25,405 bases of DNA from Octopus sinensis (Eukaryota), in contig NW_021836092.1 of assembly GCF_006345805.1 (NCBI RefSeq), positions 1 through 25,405 on the forward strand, read 5' to 3'. The position numbers were made by a program, and so were the translations under genes. This document shows, piece by piece, positions 12,061 through 21,670 of this stretch. Under the pieces are notes generated by a model, which saw only the letters and a program-made list of their open reading frames with translations, had not been told where the DNA came from and did no database searches. Position 1 is the stretch's first letter. The number at the start of each line of letters is the position of its first letter.

Positions 12061-12413
12061 CAAAAGAACAACAACAAGAAGCACGAGTATTTTTCATTTC
12101 ATTTTAGAATCGTATATTTTTAAACTTGTTCACCTTGAACGGTAATAGTTTTGACAATAATATTTAACACGTCTAGTACAAATGATATAATTCTGCTGAC
12201 GGCATATCGTTTATACTTTGTCAACGATCACGCATACCCCCAACTCTGTCAGCGCATAAATATTTCGTAAGTGCGGAACAGCTTTCATAGCGTTACTATT
12301 AATTTTTCTTCATTCTCTAGAATACAGACACACACACACACACACGCACCACACACATAAATATATAGTTTTGTGATGTATATGTAATTCTATTTTGGTA
12401 TAGTTTTAAAACT

Positions 12414-12449
<36 letters not shown>

Positions 12450-12561
12450 CAAATATAGATAAGCATTGATAGTTATGTACGTATGTATGCATGCATGTCA
12501 AGTACAGAGCGTAATAAAGTATTAAGTAAATGGCAAAGGAATAGGAAATTATATTCTTTTA

Positions 12562-12724
12562 TTCTTTTACTTGTTTCAGTCATTTGACTGCGGCCATGCT
12601 GGAGCACCGCCTTTAATCGAGCAAACCGACCCCAGGACTTATTCTTTTTAAGCCTATCACTTATTCTATCGGTCTCTTTTGCTGAACCGCTAGGTTACGG
12701 GGACGTAAACACACCAGCATCGGT
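12562..12724 (-). mobile_element. SINE family D, 3' half
   Basis: Matches 6983-7147; immediately followed (12727-12785) by a plus-strand family-A 3' tail fragment. Confidence 0.85.
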
Positions 12725-12872
12725 CTATCTAATCGACTGGCCCCTCCCCCTAAAATTTCGGGCCTTATGCCTAGAATAGATAAGAATATGTGGTACAGTT
12801 CCCATCGGAGTTGCTTTGAATGTATTTATGTGAATGTACTATGCATATGAATTTACTTAAAGCATAAACGTT

Positions 12873-12924
<52 letters not shown>

Positions 12925-13209
12925 GTATATATATATTATTTCAACAATTGAGGGTAAAATTAATTAATTAATCAATTTCACCAAGTATTCAGTATTCAAA
13001 GGGACCATTTAAGGCGATTCAAATTATTACATTATATAAAAGGGCTTAGTAAAATAATTACTTTGCCGCATACTGAACTCATTATAGCAGCTAAAAAAAC
13101 TTTTTCAAAACTATTTCTAATACTTAAAGAAAACCCTCTCATATAGTGTTTGCTCAACTCACGAAAGAATGGGGGTAGAGACATTAAAAAATCAAATGCA
13201 AAGGTTATT

Positions 13210-13261
13210 TGAGACGTACGTTTCAAGATTAGTCAAACTCGACATTTCTATCATCAGCTCA
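13210..13261 (-). ncRNA. Putative minimal type I hammerhead ribozyme, copy 1 (1 nt short at the cleavage site)
   Basis: Minus strand UGAG-CUGAUGA-U AGAAAUGUCGAGUUUGACUAAUCU U-GAAAC-GUAC-GU-CUCA. Confidence 0.4.
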
Positions 13262-13681
13262 GAACTCCCTGGTTTGATTTGAAAACACTGAAAGTGGGAG
13301 CATACCCTTTCGGCTTCTTATCGCTTCTGAAGATCTGCTCGAAACTAACAGTGCCAGCAAACTCAAACATGCAAGCGAAGAATTTCTGTTCTCCCCTTTC
13401 CACCCGTGGGCTAAAATCAGCAAACACTATGCTTTTTCGGTAAATCCGAGGCATTATATAGAGAGAGATGAATTATTTCAACAATTGAGGGTAAAATTAA
13501 TTAATTAATCAATTTCACCAAGTTTCAGTATGCAAAGGGACATTTAAGGCGATTCAAATATTACACATTATATAAAATTTGAGTTTGCTGGCACTGTTAG
13601 TTTCGAGCAGATCTTCAGAAGCGATAAGAAGCCGAAGGGTATGCTCCCACGTTCAGGTTTTCAATCCAAACCAGGGAGTTC

Positions 13682-13733
13682 TGAGCTGATGATAGAAATG
13701 TCAGTTTGACTAATCTTGAAACGTACGTTCTCA
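13682..13733 (+). ncRNA. Putative minimal type I hammerhead ribozyme, copy 2 (best)
   Basis: Stem I UGAG/CUCA, core CUGAUGA (13686-13692), imperfect stem II, GAAA, palindromic stem III ACGUACGU; predicted cleavage after GUU at 13729. Confidence 0.55.
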
Positions 13734-14229
13734 AATAACCTTTGCATTTGATTTTTTAAGTCTCTACCCCATTCTTTCGTGAGTTGAGTTGAGCAAACAC
13801 TATATGAGAGAGGTTTTCTTTAAGTATTAGAAATAGTTTTGAAAAATTTTTTTAGCTGCTATTTCTAATGAGTTCAGTTTCCGCAAAGTAATTTATTTAC
13901 TAAGCCCTTTTATATATATGTAATAATTTGAATTCGCCTTAAATGGCCCTTTGCATACTGAATACTTGGTGAAATTGATTAATTAATAATTTTACCCTCA
14001 ATTGTTGAAATTATAATTCATCTCTCTCTATATAATGCCGGTTTTACCGAAAAAAGCAAGTGTTTGCTGATTTTTTAACCCACGCTGGTGGAAAGGGGAG
14101 AACAGAAATTCTTCGCTTTCATGTTTGAGTTTGCTGCACTGTTAGTTTCGAGAGATCTTTCAGAAGCGATAAGAAGCCGAAAGGGTATGCTCCCACTTTC
14201 AGTGTTTTCAAATCCAAACCAGGGAGTTC

Positions 14230-14283
14230 TGAGCTGATGATAGAAATGTCGAGTTTGGACTAATCTTGAACGTACTTTCTCAA
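14230..14283 (+). ncRNA. Putative hammerhead ribozyme, copy 3 (GAAA and stem III damaged)
   Basis: CTGATGA at 14234-14240 followed by ...CTTGAACGTACTTTCTCA. Confidence 0.3.
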
Positions 14284-14473
14284 ATAACCTTTGCATTTGA
14301 TTTTTTAATGTCTCTACCACCCCATTCTTTCGTGAGTTGAGCAAACCCTATATGAGAGAGGTTTTCTTTAAGTATTAGAAATAGTTTTGAAAAAGTTTTT
14401 TTAGCTGCTATTTCTAATGAGTTCAGTATGCGGCAAAGTAATTTATTTACTAAGCCCTTTTAATAATGTAATA

Positions 14474-14514
<41 letters not shown>

Positions 14515-14576
14515 TATATATATATTTCAAGAGCTGAAACTGGAAAACATAAACAACAATAAAGGTAATATATATG

Positions 14577-14623
<47 letters not shown>

Positions 14624-14795
14624 TATATATATAGATATATATAGAAAAAAACTATAAACAGAAAATGCAAACATTGCGTCAACCTTCCCAGTTAAAACTT
14701 TTAAGATATTTTGGGAGTTTACGCAATGGATGCATCTATCTCTATCTAGGTCGTCCCACAGGACGTCCTGATCGATACATTCCATATTATATATA

Positions 14796-15150
14796 TGGAA
14801 GCACCGGTTGATCCGATCAACAGAACAGCCTGCTCGTGAAATTAACGGGTAAGTGGCTGAGCACTCCACAGACACGTGTACCCTTAACGTAGTTCTCGGG
14901 GATATTCAGCGTGACACAGAGAGTGACAAGGCCGGCCCTTTGAAATACAGGTACAACAAAACAGGAAGTAGAGTGAGAGAAAGTTGTGGTGAAAGATTAC
15001 ACAGGGATCGCCCACCCATCCCCTGCCGAGCCTCGTGGAGCTTTAGGTGTTTCGCTCAATAAACACTCACAACACCCGGTCTGGGAATCGAAACCGCGAT
15101 CCTATGACCGCGAGTCCGCTGCCCTAACCACTGGGCCATTGCGCCTCCAC
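14796..15150 (-). mobile_element. SINE family B, near full length, 10-bp TSD
   Basis: Aligns with 3062-3446; TSD ATTATATATA at 14786-14795 and 15151-15160. Confidence 0.9.
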
Positions 15151-15241
15151 ATTATATATATAAAGCAAATCCGAAACGTACATATTAAATGAATTCGAAA
15201 TATTACTCTTTGGTTTGACGTTATTATTACAACTTATACAA

Positions 15242-15437
15242 AGGCAGTGAGCTGGCAGAGTCGTTAGCACGCCAGGCGAAATGCTTCGCTGTATTTCGTC
15301 TGCCGTTACGTTCTGAGTTCAAATTCCGCCGAGGTCGACTTTGCCTTTTATCCTTTCGAGGTGAATAAATTAAGTACCAGTGAAACTCTGGGGTCGATGT
15401 ATTCGACTAGTCCCCTCCTCGAAAACTTCAGGCCTTG
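15242..15437 (+). mobile_element. SINE family A (alternative 3' tail)
   Basis: Same head and central domain as 1692-1908; tail TCCCCTCCTCGAAAACTTCAGGCCTTG. Confidence 0.88.
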
Positions 15438-15486
15438 AAGATATTGCGCCCTGTAAACCTACTTTGGGCCACCCTGTATATTAATC

Positions 15487-15645
15487 AAGGCGGTGAGCTG
15501 GCAGAATCGTTAGCATGCCAGACACTACGCTTAGCAGTAATTCGTTCGTCTTTACGTTCTGAGTTCAAATTCTGCCGAGTCACTTTGCCTTTCATCCTTC
15601 GGAATCGATAGAATAAGAACCAGCTGAGCACTGGGTTCGATGTTA
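15487..15645 (+). mobile_element. SINE family A, interrupted by a CR1 fragment
   Basis: Head and central domain present; a tail-like sequence resumes at about 15957-16005. Confidence 0.82.
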
Positions 15646-15956
15646 AGTGTAACCTCTCGAAAGAGTTGTTCTTCACTCCTGCTCCAGAGCGTCGGCTGCG
15701 GGGTCATTCCGAAAAGCTCTACCTGCGACGATTTCATCTCAATCGAAGGAGAGGAGCTTTCTCCGTCCGGGTTGCGGATCCGTGGAACAAGCTGCCGGAC
15801 GAGATGGTGAAGATGCCGACGACCGCTTTGTTCAAAGCCTCCCTTGACCTCAAGTGGCCTGAACTCTTTACATGAACACCACCCTGTACTTAACTCCATG
15901 TCCCCCTACATGGCCTTGCTATGCTTTTGAGCCAAATTACTAACTACCTAACTAAC
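15646..15956 (+). mobile_element. 5'-truncated CR1-type LINE: ORF2 C-terminus, 3' UTR and (CTAA)n-like tail
   Basis: ORF 15666-15875 RRLRGHSEKL...RRGAFSVRVADPWNKLPDEMV...LFKASLD fits the CR1 C-terminal motifs RGH..KL, FS.RV...WN.LP and FK..LD; tail TACTAACTACCTAACTAAC. Confidence 0.82.
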
Positions 15957-16309
15957 ACACTCTCTGAAATGCTGGTTCTGTACCAAATTAGAAACCGCTA
16001 TTATCTAAGATTACGAAGTTACGGTTTATTTCTAAAGCGTCAACAACAAGCTATTCTGTAGAATTCTAATTCTTCGCCAGACAGTTTCTTTGTAGAGAAA
16101 CGCAAGAAAACGTTAATTATAATTTATATATTTAACTACTTTTTTGTAAAAAAAAAATTTAGTGATTGAATAATAGTAATTCAATCGATAATCACTTTTC
16201 GTAAAAATAAAAATTAAAAAAATAAACATCATTCTTACTTTTTATTCTGTCACGTTTGTAAAGTTGATGTAAAGATAGTATCTTGATTAAACTGTAAAGG
16301 CAAAATAAA

Positions 16310-16402
16310 AATAATAATAATAATACTAATTATAATAATATAATAATAATAATATAATAATGATGATGATAATAATAATAGTAGTAATAATAATAATAAT
16401 AA

Positions 16403-16461
<59 letters not shown>

Positions 16462-16475
16462 ATAATAATAATAAA
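16310..16475. repeat. Compound (AAT)n/(AGT)n/(ATG)n microsatellite
   Basis: Direct read. Confidence 0.9.
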
Positions 16476-16967
16476 AAAGGGTGATAAAATTATATATAAT
16501 GAAAAGCTTGTACGGCTTACTTTCAGTCCAACCAATTAATAATCTATAATAAATATATTAAGAACAACAATAAAAAAAAAACCTTCTTTTATGTGTTCTG
16601 CATATTCTACGATATTCTGATAAGATTATTCACAAGTTTCTTAATTGAATTCCAAATAATTACAAAAGATTACAATATATAACAATGTCGGGGCACGAAG
16701 TGGTAAAACTTCATTTACATAATGTTATTATTACACAGTGGTATCATTTAGATAACTGGTACTTCATTTACATAATCGTACTTTATTTACGTAATGGTAC
16801 AAGATTGATGGCATGATATAAAAGTCTGGAGAGCCAACCAATACTTCATGATTTAGGAATAGATATATGCAACGTGAGTGTATCAGTGTGTATGTTTAAT
16901 AACCATGTATAGTGCTACAGCAAAATCCATAAACAATTTTTTAGTATTTAATTTTGTCGGATGATAT

Positions 16968-17514
16968 GTGAAAGCGCGTGACTTGGTAGTTGGGATGCTC
17001 GGCTCACGATTGTTAGGTTGTGAGTTCGATATCCGCTGGCATGTTACCTCCTTGCGCAAGACACTTTATTTTAAGTTACTCCGGTCCACTCAACTAGCGA
17101 AAATGAGTACTACCCTGGATTTCAAAGGGCCAGCCTTGTCACATTGTGTCATGCTAAATCTCCCCCAAGAACTACATTAAGGGTCTGAGGCGAGCTGGCA
17201 GAAACGTTAGCACGCTGGGCGAAATGCGTAGCCGTATTTCGTCTGCCGCTACCTTCTGAGTTCAAATTCCGCCGAGGTCGACTTTGCCTTTCATCCTTTC
17301 GGGGTCGATTAAATAAGTACCAGTTACGCACTGGGGTCGATGTAATCGACTCAGTCCGTTTGTCTGTCCTTGTTTGTCTTCTCTGTGTTTAGCCCCTTGT
17401 GGGTAGTAAAGAAATAGGTATATGTGTCTGAGGAGTGCTCAGCCACTTGCACGTTAATTTCACAAACAGGCTGTTCAGTTAATCGGATCATCTGGAACCG
17501 TCGTCGTCGTAACG
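16968..17514 (+). mobile_element. SINE family C, diverged, split by a nested family A SINE
   Basis: 16968-17184 and 17417-17514 together align with the reverse complement of 4915-5248. Confidence 0.85.
17187..17418 (+). mobile_element. SINE family A, nested and little diverged
   Basis: Near-complete match to 1692-1908. Confidence 0.9.
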
Positions 17515-17704
17515 ATGATGTTTTACTTAGGACGATCTGTTAAGGAGAAATATTTTCAATCAGATTCACTCTCAAAAGATGGCGTGTATAGGCTTCTCGA
17601 GTGCGGATGTATACAAAAAAACAAAACAAACAAACTGATAACAAGTGGATTTAAAGTTATAGTATACTCAGGAGAGTTAAAAAACCATACTTTGCACTAC
17701 TTCG

Positions 17705-17920
17705 CATCATCATCATCATTGTTCGACCGTGGTCGAGACAATGGAATTTACTATGTTACGCCAGACTTCACGGTCCATCATAGCATTACGGAGGTGCTGT
17801 TGCTGGATGCCTGTATCCCTGGAGATTACATCAGGGTAGGAGAGTGTGCGCCCTCTGGTATTGTGAGTAGATGGCTTCCAGAAGAGTAGAAATTACTTCT
17901 TTTTCAGCTCTACAACAATG
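17705..17920 (-). mobile_element. 5'-truncated RTE-type LINE 3' end with (ATG)n tail
   Basis: Minus-strand translation with one shift: HCCRAEKEVISTLL / WKPSTHNTRGRTLSYPDVISRDTGIQQQHLRNAMMDREVWRNIVNSIVSTTVEQ, then TGATGATGATG. Confidence 0.75.
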
Positions 17921-18608
17921 TCTACTTTGCACCGTTCCAACTACTCTGAGTTTTTGCAGTTATATTTCGCTTCTCGGCACTATTCTGTTTGACAAAGTTA
18001 AAAGTGAAAATTATTTCATTAGCGTTCTCTTAAATTGCTGATAACTGAAAGTTTTAACAAACTGCCTTTTAATATTGCAGAATGTGAACATCCGTACATC
18101 TGAGGATAAAAAAACAAACGAACAAAAGCAAACTAGACAGATATGAGACACACAAGACAATAACGCATTGAGTTCTAAAGTCTCTAATCAGTAAATTATC
18201 ACCAAATATATAATTAATCCTTATTTAGTTGTTACCTTTTAGCAGAAGAATACAAAACATGACCAGAATGTTAAAATATCACAAATAAATCATTAAGTGA
18301 AAACGGAAGAAATTAAACGAAAAACATGAAAAAAAAAAAAAGAAAAGAAAAAGAGAAGCTACTACTAAACGCAAAACAAACACAAAATAAAAAGGATGGT
18401 CTGCTAACTCCAAACTTTCCAAGATCAAAAACGGATTATATTATATTTTTTATATATATATTTTTATTTCATATTTTTTTAAGCTTATCTCGAATCGCTT
18501 TAATGTTTCAAGTTGTCAGGAAAATTGTTACTTCCACCTCAGCTGCTCCATATATTATAAAATAAAGCATAAATCAGTCAAAAATCGTCTCATAGATTAT
18601 TCATGAAT

Positions 18609-18700
18609 CATCATCATCATCATCATCATCATCACATCATCATCATCATCATTATCATCATCATCCTTATCGTCGTCGTCCTCTTCGAGGTTGTCGTCAT
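18609..18700. repeat. (CAT)n/(CGT)n compound microsatellite
   Basis: Direct read. Confidence 0.9.
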
Positions 18701-18811
18701 CAGCAGCTACAACCACAACGACAATAGATAAGCTCGAGCAGGCACAAATGCCAGTATTAATTTTGAAGCTATTGATAGATGTCAACATCAGACCGCTGAA
18801 ATATTCTAGTT

Positions 18812-18971
18812 TTTTTTTTTTCACCCTTTTTCTGTTTATTTTGTCATATTCCTTTCTCTTGAAGAGCGAAGGCTCGAAACGTAAAAGACTTTCATTTTCC
18901 CGAGCGTCAAACTAATAGACTTGCTTGTTGTTCATACACCTGTCTTCATCTTTTGCTTTTCTATAAATTTC

Positions 18972-18976
<5 letters not shown>
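18812..18976 (+). mobile_element. Penelope-like terminal-repeat fragment with degenerate hammerhead (18852-18887)
   Basis: CTTT-CTCTTGA-A-GAGC-GAAG-GCTC-GAAAC-GT-A-AAAG; homologous to 6392-6495; runs into (TA)n at about 18976. Confidence 0.55.
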
Positions 18977-19007
<31 letters not shown>

Positions 19008-19178
19008 TATATATATATATATATGTATATATACAACGACCTCGAACACACAAGTGCAAACAAGAGAGACAGAGAAAGGCAGACACAAGGAAAATGCCAC
19101 TTATATTTGAACACTATACAAATATTCCTTTAAAAAAACTTTTCTTTTAATTTTTCTAAATTGAATATTCAATCGTTA

Positions 19179-19216
19179 CAGTTGAAAATGTCTCAAAATG
19201 ACCGAAACCGGTACTG
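19179..19216 (+). ncRNA. Putative minimal type I hammerhead with U3:A8 core
   Basis: CAG-UUGAAAA-UGUC-UCAAAAU-GACC-GAAAC-CG-GU-A-CUG: stem I CAG/CUG, stem II GUC/GAC, palindromic stem III ACCGGU, cleavage triplet GUA. Confidence 0.45.
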
Positions 19217-19283
19217 AAATGTTCTTTATAAAATTATTTTAACATTTTCTATCTTGACTTGTTTTTTCATATATATGTATATA

Positions 19284-19349
<66 letters not shown>

Positions 19350-19374
19350 TATATAATATATATATATATATATA

Positions 19375-20030
19375 ATACGGGTTTTATTATAATTTTTTAT
19401 TTTCAAAATTAAGATAAACAAAGATATTTTTAATCTAAGATATACCCTCCTTCATTTTCTACAATGCTCTTCCATCTATCTGGTAGACTTGCAAGGTCCC
19501 TCTTCCAAAATTCACTTGTTCGTAACGAAAAATACTCCTCCAGTACTTTTCTGACCTCATCTACAGAATTCCTATTTTTTCCGTCTAAATGGTTCTGAAG
19601 ACCGTGGAATAAATGATAACCAGATGGGACAATGCTCGGAGAATATGGTGGGTGGGGCATCGTTTCCCATTCAAACTACTCCAGCCTTTGGAATGTCATA
19701 ATCGCTGTATGTGGCCGATATTCATCCTGATAGAACGCCTTTCGTCTTGAAACCAAAAATGATCGTTGTTCTTCTAGCGCTGACTCAAACCGCTCAAGCT
19801 GCTCGTAGTAGATCTCCTTTGTTATCGTTTGCTCTGGGTTTAAAAGCTCAGAATGGACTAAATCTTTCATATCCCACCAAACAGGTAACAACAACTTACG
19901 TGGATGAAGACCTTATTTAGCCTGGGTTGCCGGTGTTTCTCCTTTCCCTACCCATGTCTTCGGCGCTTCATATTTTTATAGAGAACTCATTTTCGTCACC
20001 AGTCACTACTCGGTCCAAAAACGGTTCATA
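19375..20030 (-). pseudogene. mariner (DD34D) transposase pseudogene, catalytic domain and 3' UTR only
   Basis: PFLDRVVTGDE (first Asp, then a frameshift); GLHPRKLLLPVWWD; QDEYRPH; after an in-frame stop, HPPYSPSIVPSGYHLF...RWKSIVENEGGYILD*. Exactly 34 codons separate the second Asp from the third catalytic position, which is mutated to Gly. 5' half and TIRs are lost into microsatellites. Confidence 0.92.
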
Positions 20031-20153
20031 TTTGTGTGTGAGTGTATGTATATATATATATATATATATAATAAAATATTAGGGAATAAATCCAAACTTA
20101 CAGGGAAAAATCAGATTTAGGATTGAATCCAATTTTATAGTAAAATATTATTT

Positions 20154-20368
20154 TATATTAAATTAGAGATAAAACCACTATTAGGTAAATCATACAATGA
20201 AAAACTTAAGCCAATACATAAGATTAATTAATTTATATTATTTAAATATATATCAAAATTAAATTTTGATATATATTTAAATAATATAAATTAATTAATC
20301 TTATGTATTGGCTTAAGTTTTTCATTGTATGATTTGCCTAATAGTGGTTTTATCTCTAATTTAATATA
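20154..20368. repeat. Near-perfect 107-bp-arm palindrome
   Basis: 20154-20260 is the reverse complement of 20262-20368 with one mismatch (GGTAAATC vs GATTTGCC); 1-nt spacer at 20261. Confidence 0.95.
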
Positions 20369-20385
20369 CTATATATATATATATA

Positions 20386-20719
20386 TTGGAAGCAACGCAC
20401 TGAACGAGATTTTAGATTTGAACTAATTAAACAAATCATTACCAATCCTAGTTAGAGAATCCGTGAAGATGTAGTGATATAGGACAGGCTAGTTTGTGCT
20501 TGTATCAAGTCATATAATTTGTAATACTGAAGTCAAACCGAATAATGATATTTTGAGAGCATTTAATGCGTTATATATAAGGGGATGCACATTCCTCTAC
20601 AAATTCCCGTACTTCAGTTAATACATTTCAAAATATTTTGAAGCGTATTAACTGAAGAAGGCAATGTGTAAGAGGATGTATTTCTTATATACTATACACG
20701 AATTGAAACGTGCGTAGTG

Positions 20720-20781
<62 letters not shown>

Positions 20782-20866
20782 TGCCTTCTTCAGTTAATAC
20801 ACTTCAAATTATTTTGAAATGTATTAATTGAAGGGAATTTGTAGGGGAATGTGCATCCCATTTTAT
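20386..20866 (+). mobile_element. Penelope-like repeat with degenerate hammerhead and a downstream inverted partial copy
   Basis: CTGAAGA at 20652-20658 ... GAAAC-GTGC-GT-A at 20705-20716; 20582-20667 is inverted at 20778-20859 across a (TA)n run. Confidence 0.55.
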
Positions 20867-21050
20867 ATATATATATATAATAATAATATGAGGGAATATT
20901 ATTCCAAACTTACTGGGGAAAATTCAATTTAGAAATACTGAATATATATATATATACGTGTGTGTGTGTTTGTATATGTGTGTGAGCGTGTGCGTATTAT
21001 GCATGTGTGTGTGCCTATGTGCACGGGCGCGCATCTGTGTGTTCGTCGGT

Positions 21051-21198
21051 TTGTTTACGCACTCGTAACATAGCGGTTCAGCGAAAAGAGAACAATAATA
21101 TGCGTAGCCGTCTTTTTTAAAAAAAGTACGAGAATTAATTTGTTCGACTAAACCATTTAAGGCGGTGCCCCAGGGTGACTGCAGGCAAAGAAGTAAAG
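21051..21198 (+). mobile_element. SINE family D, decayed 3' fragment
   Basis: TGTTTACGCACTCGTAACATAGCGGTTCAGCGAAAAGAG...AAGGCGGTGCCCCAG aligns to the family D tail. Confidence 0.6.
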
Positions 21199-21229
21199 CT
21201 ATTGAAAGATATATACATACATACTCTCA

Positions 21230-21384
21230 CACACAAACATGTTCGTGTGTATGTATGTATGTATGTATGTATGTATGTATGTATGTATGTATGTATGTGC
21301 GTGCGTGTGTGTGTGTGTGTGTGTGTGTGCGTGCATGCGTCTGTGTATATACACACACATATATATGTATATATATTTGTGCGT

Positions 21385-21430
<46 letters not shown>

Positions 21431-21451
21431 GTTTATATTTACACATGCGGC

Positions 21452-21512
<61 letters not shown>

Positions 21513-21670
21513 CTTAAATATATGTAGTATACCTAATTACCAATCTACATATATATTTTCTCTCGCTTTCTCTCATTCTCACTCTCTCTCTATATATGTG
21601 TGTGTATGTGTGTGTATGTATGTGTGTGCATATGTGTGTGTGTGTGTGCGTATCTATATGTATACACATA
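21230..21670. repeat. Compound (ATGT)n/(GT)n/(CATA)n/(TA)n microsatellites
   Basis: Direct read. Confidence 0.9.

Larger units (their letters stand above)
12935..14472. repeat. ~540-bp non-coding unit in tandem and inverted arrangement, bounded by (TA)n; PLE/retrozyme-like
   Basis: Left block 12935-13577 is one unit plus 106 bp (ATTATTTCAACAATTGAGG at 12935 and 13472, period 537). Right block 13578-14472 is the reverse complement, about 1.65 units (period 548). No recognisable ORF. Confidence 0.92.

Noticed and set aside
13327-13360. Second hammerhead-like string CTGAAGA-TCTGCTC-GAAAC on the opposite strand of the 540-bp unit
   Set aside because: Stem II cannot form, position 17 would be G, and there is no adjacent stem I.
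17515-17889. 124-aa plus-strand ORF
   Set aside because: Its 3' half is the antisense of the RTE fragment and its 5' half has no recognisable motif.
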